Shown here: piece by piece, positions 12,301 through 20,003 of the stretch
Layout: the number at the start of each line of letters is the position of its first letter
How positions within the stretch are numbered: the stretch's first letter is position 1
Translations under genes and position numbers: made by a program
Source of the DNA: an uncultured Nitrospiraceae bacterium
GTDB taxonomy: Bacteria; Nitrospirota; Thermodesulfovibrionia; Thermodesulfovibrionales; UBA6898
Direction: 5' to 3'
NCBI GenBank assembly: GCA_963811165.1
Contig: CAWEQH010000004.1
Location: 800,001 to 864,000 of the forward strand
DNA: 64,000 nt
The notes under the pieces: model-generated
The model's input: the letters and a program-made list of their open reading frames with translations, nothing else
What the model was told of the DNA's origin: nothing
Databases searched by the model: none

Positions 12301-13349
12301 GCGCAGTGACGCCTGCGGGAACTGCAGGTGCTGCGAATGTAGTAGTGACGAACACGAACGGAACAGGCACCCTTACCGGAGGATTTACCTACTTAGCACC
12401 GCCGTCAGCCCCGACAGTCAGCAGCATATCACCGGCGAGCGGGCCGACCGGTGGAGGGACGGCAGTACAGATAACCGGCAGCGGGTTTATTACAGGGAGC
12501 ACGGTCACGATAGGGGGCGCAAGTGCGACGGGTGTAGTTGTCAATAGTGCCACCAGTATAAGCGCAGTGACGCCTGCGGGAACTGCAGGTGCTGCGAATG
12601 TGGCGGTGACGAACACGAACGGGAGTGGCATATTAACGGGAGGGTTTACCTATAGCGCCAATTCCTCAACGGCGGTAAAGGCTCTTGACAGCTGGAAAAA
12701 CCTCTACTCTGCCTCGCCGAACAACGCCAGAGCTAGCAACCTTAATGCGGGAAGTTTTGCAGTCGGCAGCGGATCACAGCGCCTTTTGCTCGTTTCAGTG
12801 ATCATGGAGATCGGCACGGCCGCAAACCCGACCATCAGCGCCAAGTATGGGGGGACCACCTTAACCCAGATCGGAATAACCGCCAACACTCAACGTGAAA
12901 TTGTCTGGGTGGGTTATCTCAAGGACGCTCAAATCGGTAGCGGATCCAAGGCCCTGACGATTTCCTACAGCGGCGCATCGGGCAATGTGAGCGCCTTGCA
13001 TGTGAAGTGGGCGTCTTACGCCGGCGTGAACCAGGGCAATCCGGTTGCCAGTTCAGCAGCCCATAATACAGGGTCGACTTCAGTCACCTTTGGCAGCACC
13101 ATCAACTATGTAAATGGCGGCGTGACCATCGTGGTGGCCGGTAACGGTGGTACCCCTGCGACGGGAACGCTCACCGCAACCCCGTCCTTTAGTGCGGGGA
13201 CCGCCACGACGACCAACGCGCAGACCAGCAGGACCTTCGCCACCGCGACACATACCGCGGCTGGCAGCTACTCAAGTTCCACCGCGGTGACCTGGAGCGG
13301 GACGACCAGTCCCCGATCAGGCCTGGTGGTCGTTTCCATGCAGCCATAG
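6375..13349 (+). CDS. Giant secreted surface protein: signal peptide, ~650-aa putative carbohydrate-esterase-like head, about ten IPT/TIG repeats, ConA/LamG-like domains
   Basis: ORF 6339..13349; ATG 6375 follows AGGAGG and gives a signal peptide (MRRLFVAILAGVCFLGYAGGAFC). IPT repeats; VQMDD, APH and LFTHD motifs in the head. Confidence 0.85.
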   Translation: MRRLFVAILAGVCFLGYAGGAFCQDYNLTVAVLVNSTNTSGYNTNAASPGEYQRYPERYLEHLQVPYKVFDVSVQSPPADLSSRQLILIGHSGVNLPSQWQTAVISAVAGGTGLVNLDWSVNIGSSSYIQTIFGASGSHAGTPGTSITVPLSVAPGGVNAHYIAAMQKKFLGDPSGDFVYKFHVDQNGSLKTATSTVLTNAGGIVIARIGSDPLIVATTYGSGRAVHFGTLDYLRADRFGFLMGIDDLFWRSLVWAARKPFVLRGYPRLWAVQMDDTDVGWGLRIRDVYDPTFTGTVAPDGTGGPWKLTGFLYTDDLPAGGAERASVTADIRQGLLKVAPHTFGGVTYGNLYWNDGSGALTDTQWSANLTQVLQWKQGNGGNDTIPSLSRSLVAHYWDISDNTGYDLWNSLGFRYITSIQKPGFQDNADVTINGGAERPHARPFWLYEQPPKTVADEDYSLFFADDYPVNSRSGYPSKTFFLFASQLHDPGLNYPRVDAIWPSSSYGFAPADSIAQFERYTWRFWSCLAPVQLFTHDYYNYEWASASDRQQVIVQVSSWLQSLGVRHAFMEELGDYIYSRNKSVLTDVQVSGNNITYTFTGNSATADGTLVNTNALVFFDNASEGVPHSLSGFVGGITYTLQLPQAPPVINSVTPSTGSVTGGTSITINGANFVNVMAVKVGGNPVTNLAVGSSSQITATTPSGVTGSADVVVVTASGMTTLANGFTYLGLPVIDSVTPGFGPQAGGTQVTIIGRGFDATSTVTVGGVPATGVVVTDSATLTAMTPAGVPGPAGVTVTNAQGATTLSGGFFYLSASDTIHMDFKYANRSALLSAGWDFIARTYSGISRNTEQTSGLVVSYDQTAHPGTIRIPVGPGDMWENTNDSQNTLFFNLPDNWNSINLKIVSFSPTADFQQVGLLAYQDDDNYVSVSRYYSSGLSYKQTVEFGIEDSGYYNVTDQRQAPSGAVIYLRLDRDPSTDVISAFSSTDGNTWTSLSGSITKTLVKPRLCILIGANLSGTSPNADLGYVEIVAHNSTPPAPTVTAISPTSGPTAGGTTVQISGTGFIAGSTVKIGTVAATGVVVNSATSISAVTPAGTAGAANVVVTNTNGTGTFSGGFTYVAPIPPTVTGISPASGPTAGGTAVQISGTGFIAGSTVKIGTVAATGVVVNSTTSISAVTPAGTAGAADVVVTNTNGTGTLTGGFTYVASGGTLFSDDFNDGNANGWTISPLGNAAGWSVVGGVYTYNGGGHTQSYTGDATWADYTIQADIELSSLSNWPGGIRGRVNPATGAGYVVWLYPANGQIVLWRATGWNIDSPGLTQLGTAGGIAFDTSNFHTVRITFAGSTITVYYDGALVITAADATYSSGLIALDVSNQPVSFDNVTVISGSPLPPAPTVTGISPTSGPTAGGTAVQITGSGFITGSTVKIGTVAATGVVVNSTTSISAVTPAGTAGAADVVVTNTNGTGTLTGGFTYLAPPSAPTVTGISPTSGPTAGGTAVQISGTGFIAGSTVTIGGASATGVVVNSATSISAVTPAGTAGAANVVVTNTNGTGTFSGGFVYVAPIPPTVTGISPASGPTGGGTAVQISGTGFITGSTVTIGGASATGVVVNSATSISAVTPAGTAGAADVVVTNTNGTGTLTGGFTYVASGGTLFSDDFNDGNANGWTISPLGNAAGWSVVGGVYTYNGGGHTQSYTGDATWADYTIQADIELSSLSNWPGGIRGRVNPDTGAGYAVWLYPANGQIVLWRATGWNIDSPGLTQLGTAGGIAFDTSNFHTVRITFAGSTITVYYDGALVITAADATYSSGLIDLDVSNQPVSFDNVTVISGSPLPPAPTVTGISPTSGPTAGGTAVQISGTGFIAGSTVKIGTVAATGVVVNSTTSISAVTPAGTAGAADVVVTNTNGTGTLTGGFTYLAPPSAPTVSSISPASGPTGGGTAVQITGSGFITGSTVTIGGASATGVVVNSATSISAVTPAGTAGAANVVVTNTNGTGTLTGGFTYLAPPSAPTVSSISPASGPTGGGTAVQITGSGFITGSTVTIGGASATGVVVNSATSISAVTPAGTAGAANVAVTNTNGSGILTGGFTYSANSSTAVKALDSWKNLYSASPNNARASNLNAGSFAVGSGSQRLLLVSVIMEIGTAANPTISAKYGGTTLTQIGITANTQREIVWVGYLKDAQIGSGSKALTISYSGASGNVSALHVKWASYAGVNQGNPVASSAAHNTGSTSVTFGSTINYVNGGVTIVVAGNGGTPATGTLTATPSFSAGTATTTNAQTSRTFATATHTAAGSYSSSTAVTWSGTTSPRSGLVVVSMQP
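9731..12650 (+). repeat. Intragenic 1329-bp tandem duplication (IPT, lectin-like, IPT, IPT) followed by a 261-bp IPT duplication
   Basis: Matching sequence is offset by 1329 nt (CTATGTGGCTCCAATACCG at 9731 and 11060; shadow ORFs at 10163/11492) and by 261 nt (12128/12389). Confidence 0.9.
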
Positions 13350-13468
13350 AACAGGAAGCCAAGCGACAAGTCAATATTATAGAAAGAAAGGGCGGCCTTA
13401 CGCGAAGAGCATAAAAGTCCTCGGCCCCTCGCGCGCAATGGCCACGTTCTTTTACGCACTTTGAAATA

Positions 13469-15049
13469 ATGAATGAGCAAATCAAAACTGCACGGAGATT
13501 AGCCTGCATGGAAGTGCCCGCGAAGTCTCTGATTTCGACGGCCTTTGTCCAGGAGATGATCGTGCCTGGCATAATCTTCCTGAATCTTTGTATAACGATC
13601 CCGCTTGCCGCAACCCTCAATATATGGATCGATGAAGCGTTCTCACTATATACAAGCGGGAGTAACCTTGCATATGCAGCCAGGCATGCGCTCAATTTTG
13701 AATTGCAGCCGCCGCTCTATTTTATTTTCCTAAACTTATGGAGAGGCTTAGACGCCTCGGCATTTTTTGCCCGACTGTTTTCGATTTTATGCATTGCCCT
13801 CACAATCTATATCGTCGGAAAAATATCGAAGCGGTTTTTTAAGAATCTCCACCCGGGATGGATCGTTGCGTTAGTCGCCTTGAACCCTTTCATAATCTGG
13901 GCTGCGGTTGAAATCAGAATGTACGCAATGGTCATCCTGCTGTCTTCATTATTGCTGCTTTTTTTCTATGACGGGTATCTCTCTGGCATTCCGGAAACCA
14001 GATCACGATGGTGTTATACCGTATGTTCAATCTTGGCCCTGTACACGCAATATTATCTCGGCTTCTTTTTAGTTGCCAATGCCTTTGCCCTTGTTAGCCT
14101 GAAGCGATGGTCTGCGCTCCGCACGTACGTCATGAGCATGATAATTGTCGGACTTTGCTTTGTCCCTCTCTTTCTCACCGTCCTTCATCAGGTAGCCGAT
14201 ATAAACGCCTCAACGAATAACTCTCCTACAACTCTGCTTGATGGTTTGCGAACGACATATTGGAACGTATTCAAATATATCTTGCCGACTGGTGACCTGA
14301 CATGGTTATCTCCGTTAAAAAAATGGGTTTCCCGCCTAGGCGTCATAGTGATGCCGTTCCTCGTCGTCAAGAGCTGTCGACGTCCTGCCGTTGCCGATAA
14401 GGTCGCTCTTTGGACGATTTTTTCGGTCTTGTTTGTTTTATTCGTTATCGTATCTGTGTCTCTGGGCGATGAATTGTTGAAGCTTCGTCATACCGCAGCT
14501 ATCTTTCTTCCTACGATATTAATTGTATTTTCCCTGCTGTCGGTTACTAACAAGAACAGGACCCTTCTTTTCTGTTTTTTTTTAATTCTATTCTTCTACG
14601 CCGGTGCATTGTATTCAATGTATACTCCCATGGCGAAAGATGGTGACTGGTCAAGGGTTGCTTCATATATCATGAAATCGGAAAGACCCGGTGAACCCAT
14701 CATAATCTTCAGGAACGAATTTCTATTGCCTCTGGCAAGATATTATTCCGGGCCTAATCAGATAGTGCCTATACCGCGCAGCCCTGATCTTGAGAAGTAT
14801 GACCTTCGTTCTCAGGCTTTGCGGAATGAGGGAGAAATATCCCGGGCTCTTTCCCGGGTGCCGGGTGATCACGAAAGGGTCTGGCTTGTAACGGGGTTCA
14901 TCGGGAGCTTCCGGGGTGTCAGTATCAATCCTGACATTTTGGAAGCGTTTGTGAAGAGATATTATTCTGTTATAGAAAAGAGGTCTTTTTACCTGTCAGA
15001 GGTGAAATTGCTTCAGAAGAAAAATAATCAGATTGAAACCAACCCGTGA
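13469..15049 (+). CDS. GT-C fold glycosyltransferase (GT39/PMT/ArnT-like membrane protein)
   Basis: WIDEAFS DE motif, QPPLY, EIRMY and many TM segments. Confidence 0.8.
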   Translation: MNEQIKTARRLACMEVPAKSLISTAFVQEMIVPGIIFLNLCITIPLAATLNIWIDEAFSLYTSGSNLAYAARHALNFELQPPLYFIFLNLWRGLDASAFFARLFSILCIALTIYIVGKISKRFFKNLHPGWIVALVALNPFIIWAAVEIRMYAMVILLSSLLLLFFYDGYLSGIPETRSRWCYTVCSILALYTQYYLGFFLVANAFALVSLKRWSALRTYVMSMIIVGLCFVPLFLTVLHQVADINASTNNSPTTLLDGLRTTYWNVFKYILPTGDLTWLSPLKKWVSRLGVIVMPFLVVKSCRRPAVADKVALWTIFSVLFVLFVIVSVSLGDELLKLRHTAAIFLPTILIVFSLLSVTNKNRTLLFCFFLILFFYAGALYSMYTPMAKDGDWSRVASYIMKSERPGEPIIIFRNEFLLPLARYYSGPNQIVPIPRSPDLEKYDLRSQALRNEGEISRALSRVPGDHERVWLVTGFIGSFRGVSINPDILEAFVKRYYSVIEKRSFYLSEVKLLQKKNNQIETNP

Positions 15050-15055
15050 AAAAAT

Positions 15056-15979
15056 GTGACCGACATCAGTGTCATCGTTTGCACGTATAATCGCTCAACA
15101 AACCTTTTAGATACGTTGCGGAGTCTGGACAGAATGATTGTGCCGAATGACATTATCTGGGAGACTCTTGTAGTAGACAATAATTCCACCGATAATACCA
15201 AGAAGGTGATATCTGACTTTATAGAGGTCGGGCACAAGAGATTTCACTATTTATTCGAACCAAATCAGGGAAAGTGTTATGCTTTAAACCGTGGGATAAG
15301 GGCGGCAAAGGGAAGTATTATTGCCTTTACGGATGATGACGCTATAGTCGACGGGCATTGGCTAAAGGCTATCGTGGATACCGTTAAGAAGAGTGACGTC
15401 GAGTGTGTGGGTGGAAAGGTTTTACCAATATGGGAAGGGGCACGACCGACGTGGTTATCTGACGATCTGCTCAATGTCTTGGCAATATTGGATTACGGCG
15501 ATGACAGCTTTGAGTTTGAGCGCCGCAATAATAACCGCATGTTATTTGGTGTCAATGTCGCGTTCAAGAAAGAGTTTTTTGCCAAAGAGGGATCGTTCAA
15601 AGTCGAACTCGGCTCGCGCGGTGAAGACCAGGAAATATTCGAGAGATTGCTGGCCGCGAACGGCAGAGCGATCTACAATCCTGAGATAGTCGTCCACCAC
15701 AAGATAAATCCTCAACGATTGACGAAATCCTACTACAGGAAATGGTACTTTGAAAGTGGAAAGGCAAGAGCCAAATTAAATGCGGCAAGCAGAATAAGTC
15801 TTTTGGGCATACCTGGATATACGATAAGACAATCGGTTAGAAGACTTAAGGCATTCTTATATTCGGCGATCACTCTAAACAAATCGGCTTTTTTTTCGAA
15901 CGAACTGTGGCTGATTTTTTACTATGCTTTTTTCTTGGATAAAGTAAAGTACGCGCTTCTCCGGGCGAAGCAAACATAA
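15056..15979 (+). CDS. Glycosyltransferase family 2
   Basis: SVIVCTYNR, VVDNNSTD, FTDDD, GED. Confidence 0.92.
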   Translation: MTDISVIVCTYNRSTNLLDTLRSLDRMIVPNDIIWETLVVDNNSTDNTKKVISDFIEVGHKRFHYLFEPNQGKCYALNRGIRAAKGSIIAFTDDDAIVDGHWLKAIVDTVKKSDVECVGGKVLPIWEGARPTWLSDDLLNVLAILDYGDDSFEFERRNNNRMLFGVNVAFKKEFFAKEGSFKVELGSRGEDQEIFERLLAANGRAIYNPEIVVHHKINPQRLTKSYYRKWYFESGKARAKLNAASRISLLGIPGYTIRQSVRRLKAFLYSAITLNKSAFFSNELWLIFYYAFFLDKVKYALLRAKQT

Positions 15980-16017
15980 TATCTGAATCTGTCTCACAGG
16001 GTCTTTCCCATATAAAT

Positions 16018-17544
16018 ATGTATAGGGTACTCATAAAAAACATTCTGTCCAACTGGATGAATATTGGAGTCAGTGCGGTCATAGGTTTCTTCTTGATGCC
16101 TTTTCTGGTGCATCACCTCGACAACACTCTGTACGGCATTTGGGTCCTTATTATTTCACTTACCGGGTACGGTGTATTACTGGATTTCGGGATAAGAAGC
16201 TCCATTGTTAAGTATGCATCGCAATACCATGCAACGGACGATAGGGCGAGTCTGAACAGTGTTTTCAATACGGGTCTGGCTATCTACTCAGTGACCTGCA
16301 TGATACTAATGCTTGCGGCCCTTGTCTTTGCCCAGTTTCTGACACGCTTCTTTAATATTGCCCCTCAGCATATGCATGAAGCCAAACTGGTTTTTCTTCT
16401 TATCAGCTTCAGTTTGGCGCTAAAGTTTCCCAGCGGCGTTTTTGAGGGATTCCTGTGCGGCATCCAAAGATATGAAATAACCAACGGTATCAGCATCCTC
16501 GCGGCGGGCCTCAAGGCGATAGCGATTGTTATTTTTCTCAGTGCCGGATATAGACTGATAACCCTCGGTCTCATTGTGATGATGACGGATATAATAGCCA
16601 ACGGTTTGATGGTTTATTTCTGCTTCAAATATCTCCCGTTCCTGCGACTTTCGTCGAAGAGTGTGAACCGAAAAATGTTTAAAAGCATTTACAGGTATGG
16701 ACTATACAGTTTTATCATCATCATTGCCACCAAATTCATCTATGAGTCTGATGCGATTATCATAGGAGTTTTTTTGTCCGCTCAGGCCATTACTTTTTAT
16801 GCGATTGCAAATAATCTGATCAGATATCTGCGGCAAATATCTTATGGATTTGGAAATGTGTTCAGCCCGGCAGCAAGTGTGCTTGATGCCAGGAATGATC
16901 ATCGCAGGATTGAAGAACTGTTTACGTATGGCACGAAGTATTCCCTTCTTTTCATTCTGCCCGTTGCATTCTCTTTAATCTTCTTAGGTAAGGAATTTAT
17001 TACAATTTGGATGGGAAGAGAATATGCTCAATCAAGCGGTGATGTACTGCTAATATTGACTATCTCGCAGATCATCGCGATGGCACAGTTTTCTTCCGGT
17101 TCAATACTCTACGGCTTGAATAGGCACAGGTATCTGGCTTTCATGCTCTTGGGCGAGGCTGTTTGCAAAATTATTATAAGCTTGGCACTGGTAGGTAAGA
17201 ATGGAATAGTCGGTGTGGCATTGGGAACCGCCATGCCGGAAATTGTGGTTTATCTCTTCCTGTTGCCATGGTATATTTCTAAAATAACAAAGTGTTCCCT
17301 GGCAAAATACTTCAGAGAATCTTTTTATTTACCGCTTTTGAGCAGTATTCCTTTTGCAGGACTCCTCTGTATCTTTAAGATTTATTTTCCACCCGTTTCA
17401 TGGATCGTGTTCGTCCTTGAGATTTCCAGCGCGTTAACTGTGTATGGCATAACCTCTTTGTTTTTTTGTTTCGACGAGAAACAGAGAAGTACGATCGGTG
17501 TACTCCTTATGAGCAGGTTTAAGAGGGCGACTGCTATTGGGTAA
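16018..17544 (+). CDS. Wzx-like oligosaccharide flippase (MOP superfamily)
   Basis: Many TM helices; YG.W...LLDFG and IVGVALGT motifs; glycan-cluster context. Confidence 0.85.
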   Translation: MYRVLIKNILSNWMNIGVSAVIGFFLMPFLVHHLDNTLYGIWVLIISLTGYGVLLDFGIRSSIVKYASQYHATDDRASLNSVFNTGLAIYSVTCMILMLAALVFAQFLTRFFNIAPQHMHEAKLVFLLISFSLALKFPSGVFEGFLCGIQRYEITNGISILAAGLKAIAIVIFLSAGYRLITLGLIVMMTDIIANGLMVYFCFKYLPFLRLSSKSVNRKMFKSIYRYGLYSFIIIIATKFIYESDAIIIGVFLSAQAITFYAIANNLIRYLRQISYGFGNVFSPAASVLDARNDHRRIEELFTYGTKYSLLFILPVAFSLIFLGKEFITIWMGREYAQSSGDVLLILTISQIIAMAQFSSGSILYGLNRHRYLAFMLLGEAVCKIIISLALVGKNGIVGVALGTAMPEIVVYLFLLPWYISKITKCSLAKYFRESFYLPLLSSIPFAGLLCIFKIYFPPVSWIVFVLEISSALTVYGITSLFFCFDEKQRSTIGVLLMSRFKRATAIG

Positions 17545-17552
17545 GAAGGATC

Positions 17553-18719
17553 ATGTTATTATTTGAATGGATTTTTTGGGGTTCTGTATCGTTTGTTGTA
17601 GCGGCGACGGTGGGCTACCCTTTGATGATCTCCGTGTTCAGTCTTTTTGTGCAAAGATCAAGGATTTTTCGGGATGATGAACCGACCGTCACGCTCATAA
17701 TAGCGGCCCACAACGAAGAAAAAGTTATAAAAGAAAAAATTGATAACACGTTATCGCTCGATTATCCGAAGAATAAATTAGATATAATTGTGGCCTCGGA
17801 CGGTTCGACTGATATGACCAACGAGATTGTGTCTTCCTTTGCCGACCGAGGAGTGATACTCCGCGCTTACAACAGGCTGGGCAAAACCGGGATACAGAAT
17901 GAATCAGTGAAAAAGGCTAACGGCGAGATACTAGTTTTTTCAGACGCTAACGCAATGTATAGAAAGGATGCCATCAAGAAACTGGTTCGCAATTTCGCGG
18001 ATGAGTCGGTGGGATGTGTCAGCGGCCAACTGATTTATCGAAGTAGAGGCCACTGCGCGGCCGGGGAATCCGAGGGCTATTACTGGAACTATGAAAAATA
18101 CTTAAAGAAAAAGGAAAGTGCTCTCTCTTCACTCCTGGGGGTGAATGGGTCAATCTATGCTGTCAGGAAAGAGGATTACGTGTACATAGACAATAAGCTC
18201 ATCAGCGATTTTGTCGAACCGCTCGAAATAGTGAGAAGGGGGAAAAAGGTCGTCTATGAGCCGGAAGCTATCTCAGAAGAAGAGCCGTCAGTCTCTTATG
18301 ACAAAGAACTCAGGCGTAAGATAAGAATTCTGACCCGGAGCATCCGGGGCTTGCTGCACATGAAAAGTCTTCTGAATCCTTTTAAGTATGGTATTTTTTC
18401 TCTGCAATTGTTCCTGCATAAAGCTTGCAGATACCTCGTTCCCTTCTTTCTTGCCGCGAGCGCAGCCTGTCTGTTAATATTGGCCGGAAGACCGCTTTAT
18501 TTCAGTTTATTTTGCCTGATGATAACGTCTTTTGCGGTGGCTGCGATCGCCAGACTTTTTATAGATATCGCACCGGGCAATAAGATTTTCAAGGTCTTCA
18601 ATTTGATCTATTACTACTTTCTCGTTAATTATGCGGTGACTCTGGCCTGGGTTAATATCGTGAGGGGCTCTGAAATAACGGTCTGGACGACTGACCGGAA
18701 AGGAGCTACCAAAAAGTGA
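17553..18719 (+). CDS. Membrane-bound glycosyltransferase family 2
   Basis: IAAHNEE, SDGSTD, FSDAN, NGSIYA, RRKIRI; N- and C-terminal TMs. Confidence 0.9.
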   Translation: MLLFEWIFWGSVSFVVAATVGYPLMISVFSLFVQRSRIFRDDEPTVTLIIAAHNEEKVIKEKIDNTLSLDYPKNKLDIIVASDGSTDMTNEIVSSFADRGVILRAYNRLGKTGIQNESVKKANGEILVFSDANAMYRKDAIKKLVRNFADESVGCVSGQLIYRSRGHCAAGESEGYYWNYEKYLKKKESALSSLLGVNGSIYAVRKEDYVYIDNKLISDFVEPLEIVRRGKKVVYEPEAISEEEPSVSYDKELRRKIRILTRSIRGLLHMKSLLNPFKYGIFSLQLFLHKACRYLVPFFLAASAACLLILAGRPLYFSLFCLMITSFAVAAIARLFIDIAPGNKIFKVFNLIYYYFLVNYAVTLAWVNIVRGSEITVWTTDRKGATKK

Positions 18720-18774
18720 GGAGGGCCGTCAAGATTATTAATCTCAATGATAGTAAGCGCTATCGTTCTAGGGC

Positions 18775-19983
18775 ATGATGACCAGGAAAGTATCAGATTT
18801 GACAAGATCGTGTGAATTATATAAGATCGACTTTCCGGGCTGCCTTTTTATTGCGACTGTGATGGCTTGCCTGCTTTGCTCTTTTGCTGGTGAAGCCACC
18901 GCGGGAGAGAAGCGCCCGATCGTTATCATTACCGTTGATGTGGAGTCGACCAAGGGGGTGGCCTTGCCCGAACAGGTCAATACCGCCTGTGTGGGTAATA
19001 TAACCTGCGGTCTGCGGGAAATGGTCCGCATGCTGAATGCAAAAGGTTCTGCGGCAACTTTTTTTTTGAACGTAGGTGAATATAAAGAGTACGGGGAACC
19101 CGCTTTACAAGCGATCGCAAGATGGCTCGATAAATCCGGTCAAGATGTCGAACTCCATACACATCCCCAATGGGCGTATGATGAGAAACGGAATATGATG
19201 TTTCAGTACTCCCTGGAAGAGCAGATCCGGATTGTGCGAGAAGGAAAAGATTTATTGCAAAAATGGACGGGCAATCCCGTCGTGGTGCACCGGGCCGGCG
19301 CCTATAGTGCAGATGAAAATACATTAAAGGCGCTGATCGCAAACGGCATCCTTTATGACAGCTCCCTCTTCTTTGGGAATGTGAATTCCAAAATCAATTC
19401 GGGCGACCTGAGAAAAAATGCTCTTTCCATGTATGGCCCTCTTTATGAATTTCCGGTGACGGTGTATCGGAAGAATGAATTGCCGCCGTTCGCAAACGAC
19501 TATCTGTTGCCTCATTCAAAAGTCAGGAAATATGACATCAACTGGTTTGTGGATCAGCCGGAAGCCGAAAAGGCCCTAGAGGAGGCGATTAGGCTGAAGA
19601 TGGACTTTATTATCCTTTTCCTCCACAGTTTTTCTTTCATAAAGGGGGGGGATGGAACTGGACAGATGGTAGCAGACGTCGATGCGATCAAGAGATTCGG
19701 CGATGTCCTGGACTTTATTGGCGCTAAAGGACTGAAGACATCCACCTTCAAAGAGATCCATGATGCCAATACTGGACTGAAAGAATACTTAATGAGACCG
19801 GATATCATACCCGCGATTTCTGTGAAGATCTCAATGTTTCGATATCTGCGGGAATTTATAAGTGGAAATAATTATAAAGAGTATATCCTCCTCGGCGGTG
19901 TGTTGGCCGCGGCTTTTGTACTCCTCTTAAAGAGGCGTACCTTTCGGAACGATAAAAAGCAAAAAGTTGAACCTGACGCGTAA
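18775..19983 (+). CDS. Exported polysaccharide deacetylase (CE4/NodB-like) with C-terminal membrane anchor
   Basis: ITVDVE, ATFF, ELHTH, HRAGAY, LFLHS; signal-like N-terminus; hydrophobic tail followed by KRR. Confidence 0.8.
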   Translation: MMTRKVSDLTRSCELYKIDFPGCLFIATVMACLLCSFAGEATAGEKRPIVIITVDVESTKGVALPEQVNTACVGNITCGLREMVRMLNAKGSAATFFLNVGEYKEYGEPALQAIARWLDKSGQDVELHTHPQWAYDEKRNMMFQYSLEEQIRIVREGKDLLQKWTGNPVVVHRAGAYSADENTLKALIANGILYDSSLFFGNVNSKINSGDLRKNALSMYGPLYEFPVTVYRKNELPPFANDYLLPHSKVRKYDINWFVDQPEAEKALEEAIRLKMDFIILFLHSFSFIKGGDGTGQMVADVDAIKRFGDVLDFIGAKGLKTSTFKEIHDANTGLKEYLMRPDIIPAISVKISMFRYLREFISGNNYKEYILLGGVLAAAFVLLLKRRTFRNDKKQKVEPDA

Positions 19984-20003
19984 TGAGATGGTACCGATAA
20001 ACA

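Noticed and set aside
4173..12650. Repeats as a CRISPR array or DGR template/variable pair
   Set aside because: The units are long and in frame with no unique spacers, and there are no cas or reverse transcriptase genes or adenine-specific differences.
71..12889. Many short minus-strand ORFs over the giant genes
   Set aside because: Antisense shadows of repetitive Thr/Gly/Val-rich coding sequence.
19880..19983. C-terminal TM plus basic tail of the deacetylase as a PEP-CTERM/LPXTG signal
   Set aside because: No signature motif precedes the helix and no sortase or exosortase is in the window; a plain membrane anchor suffices.
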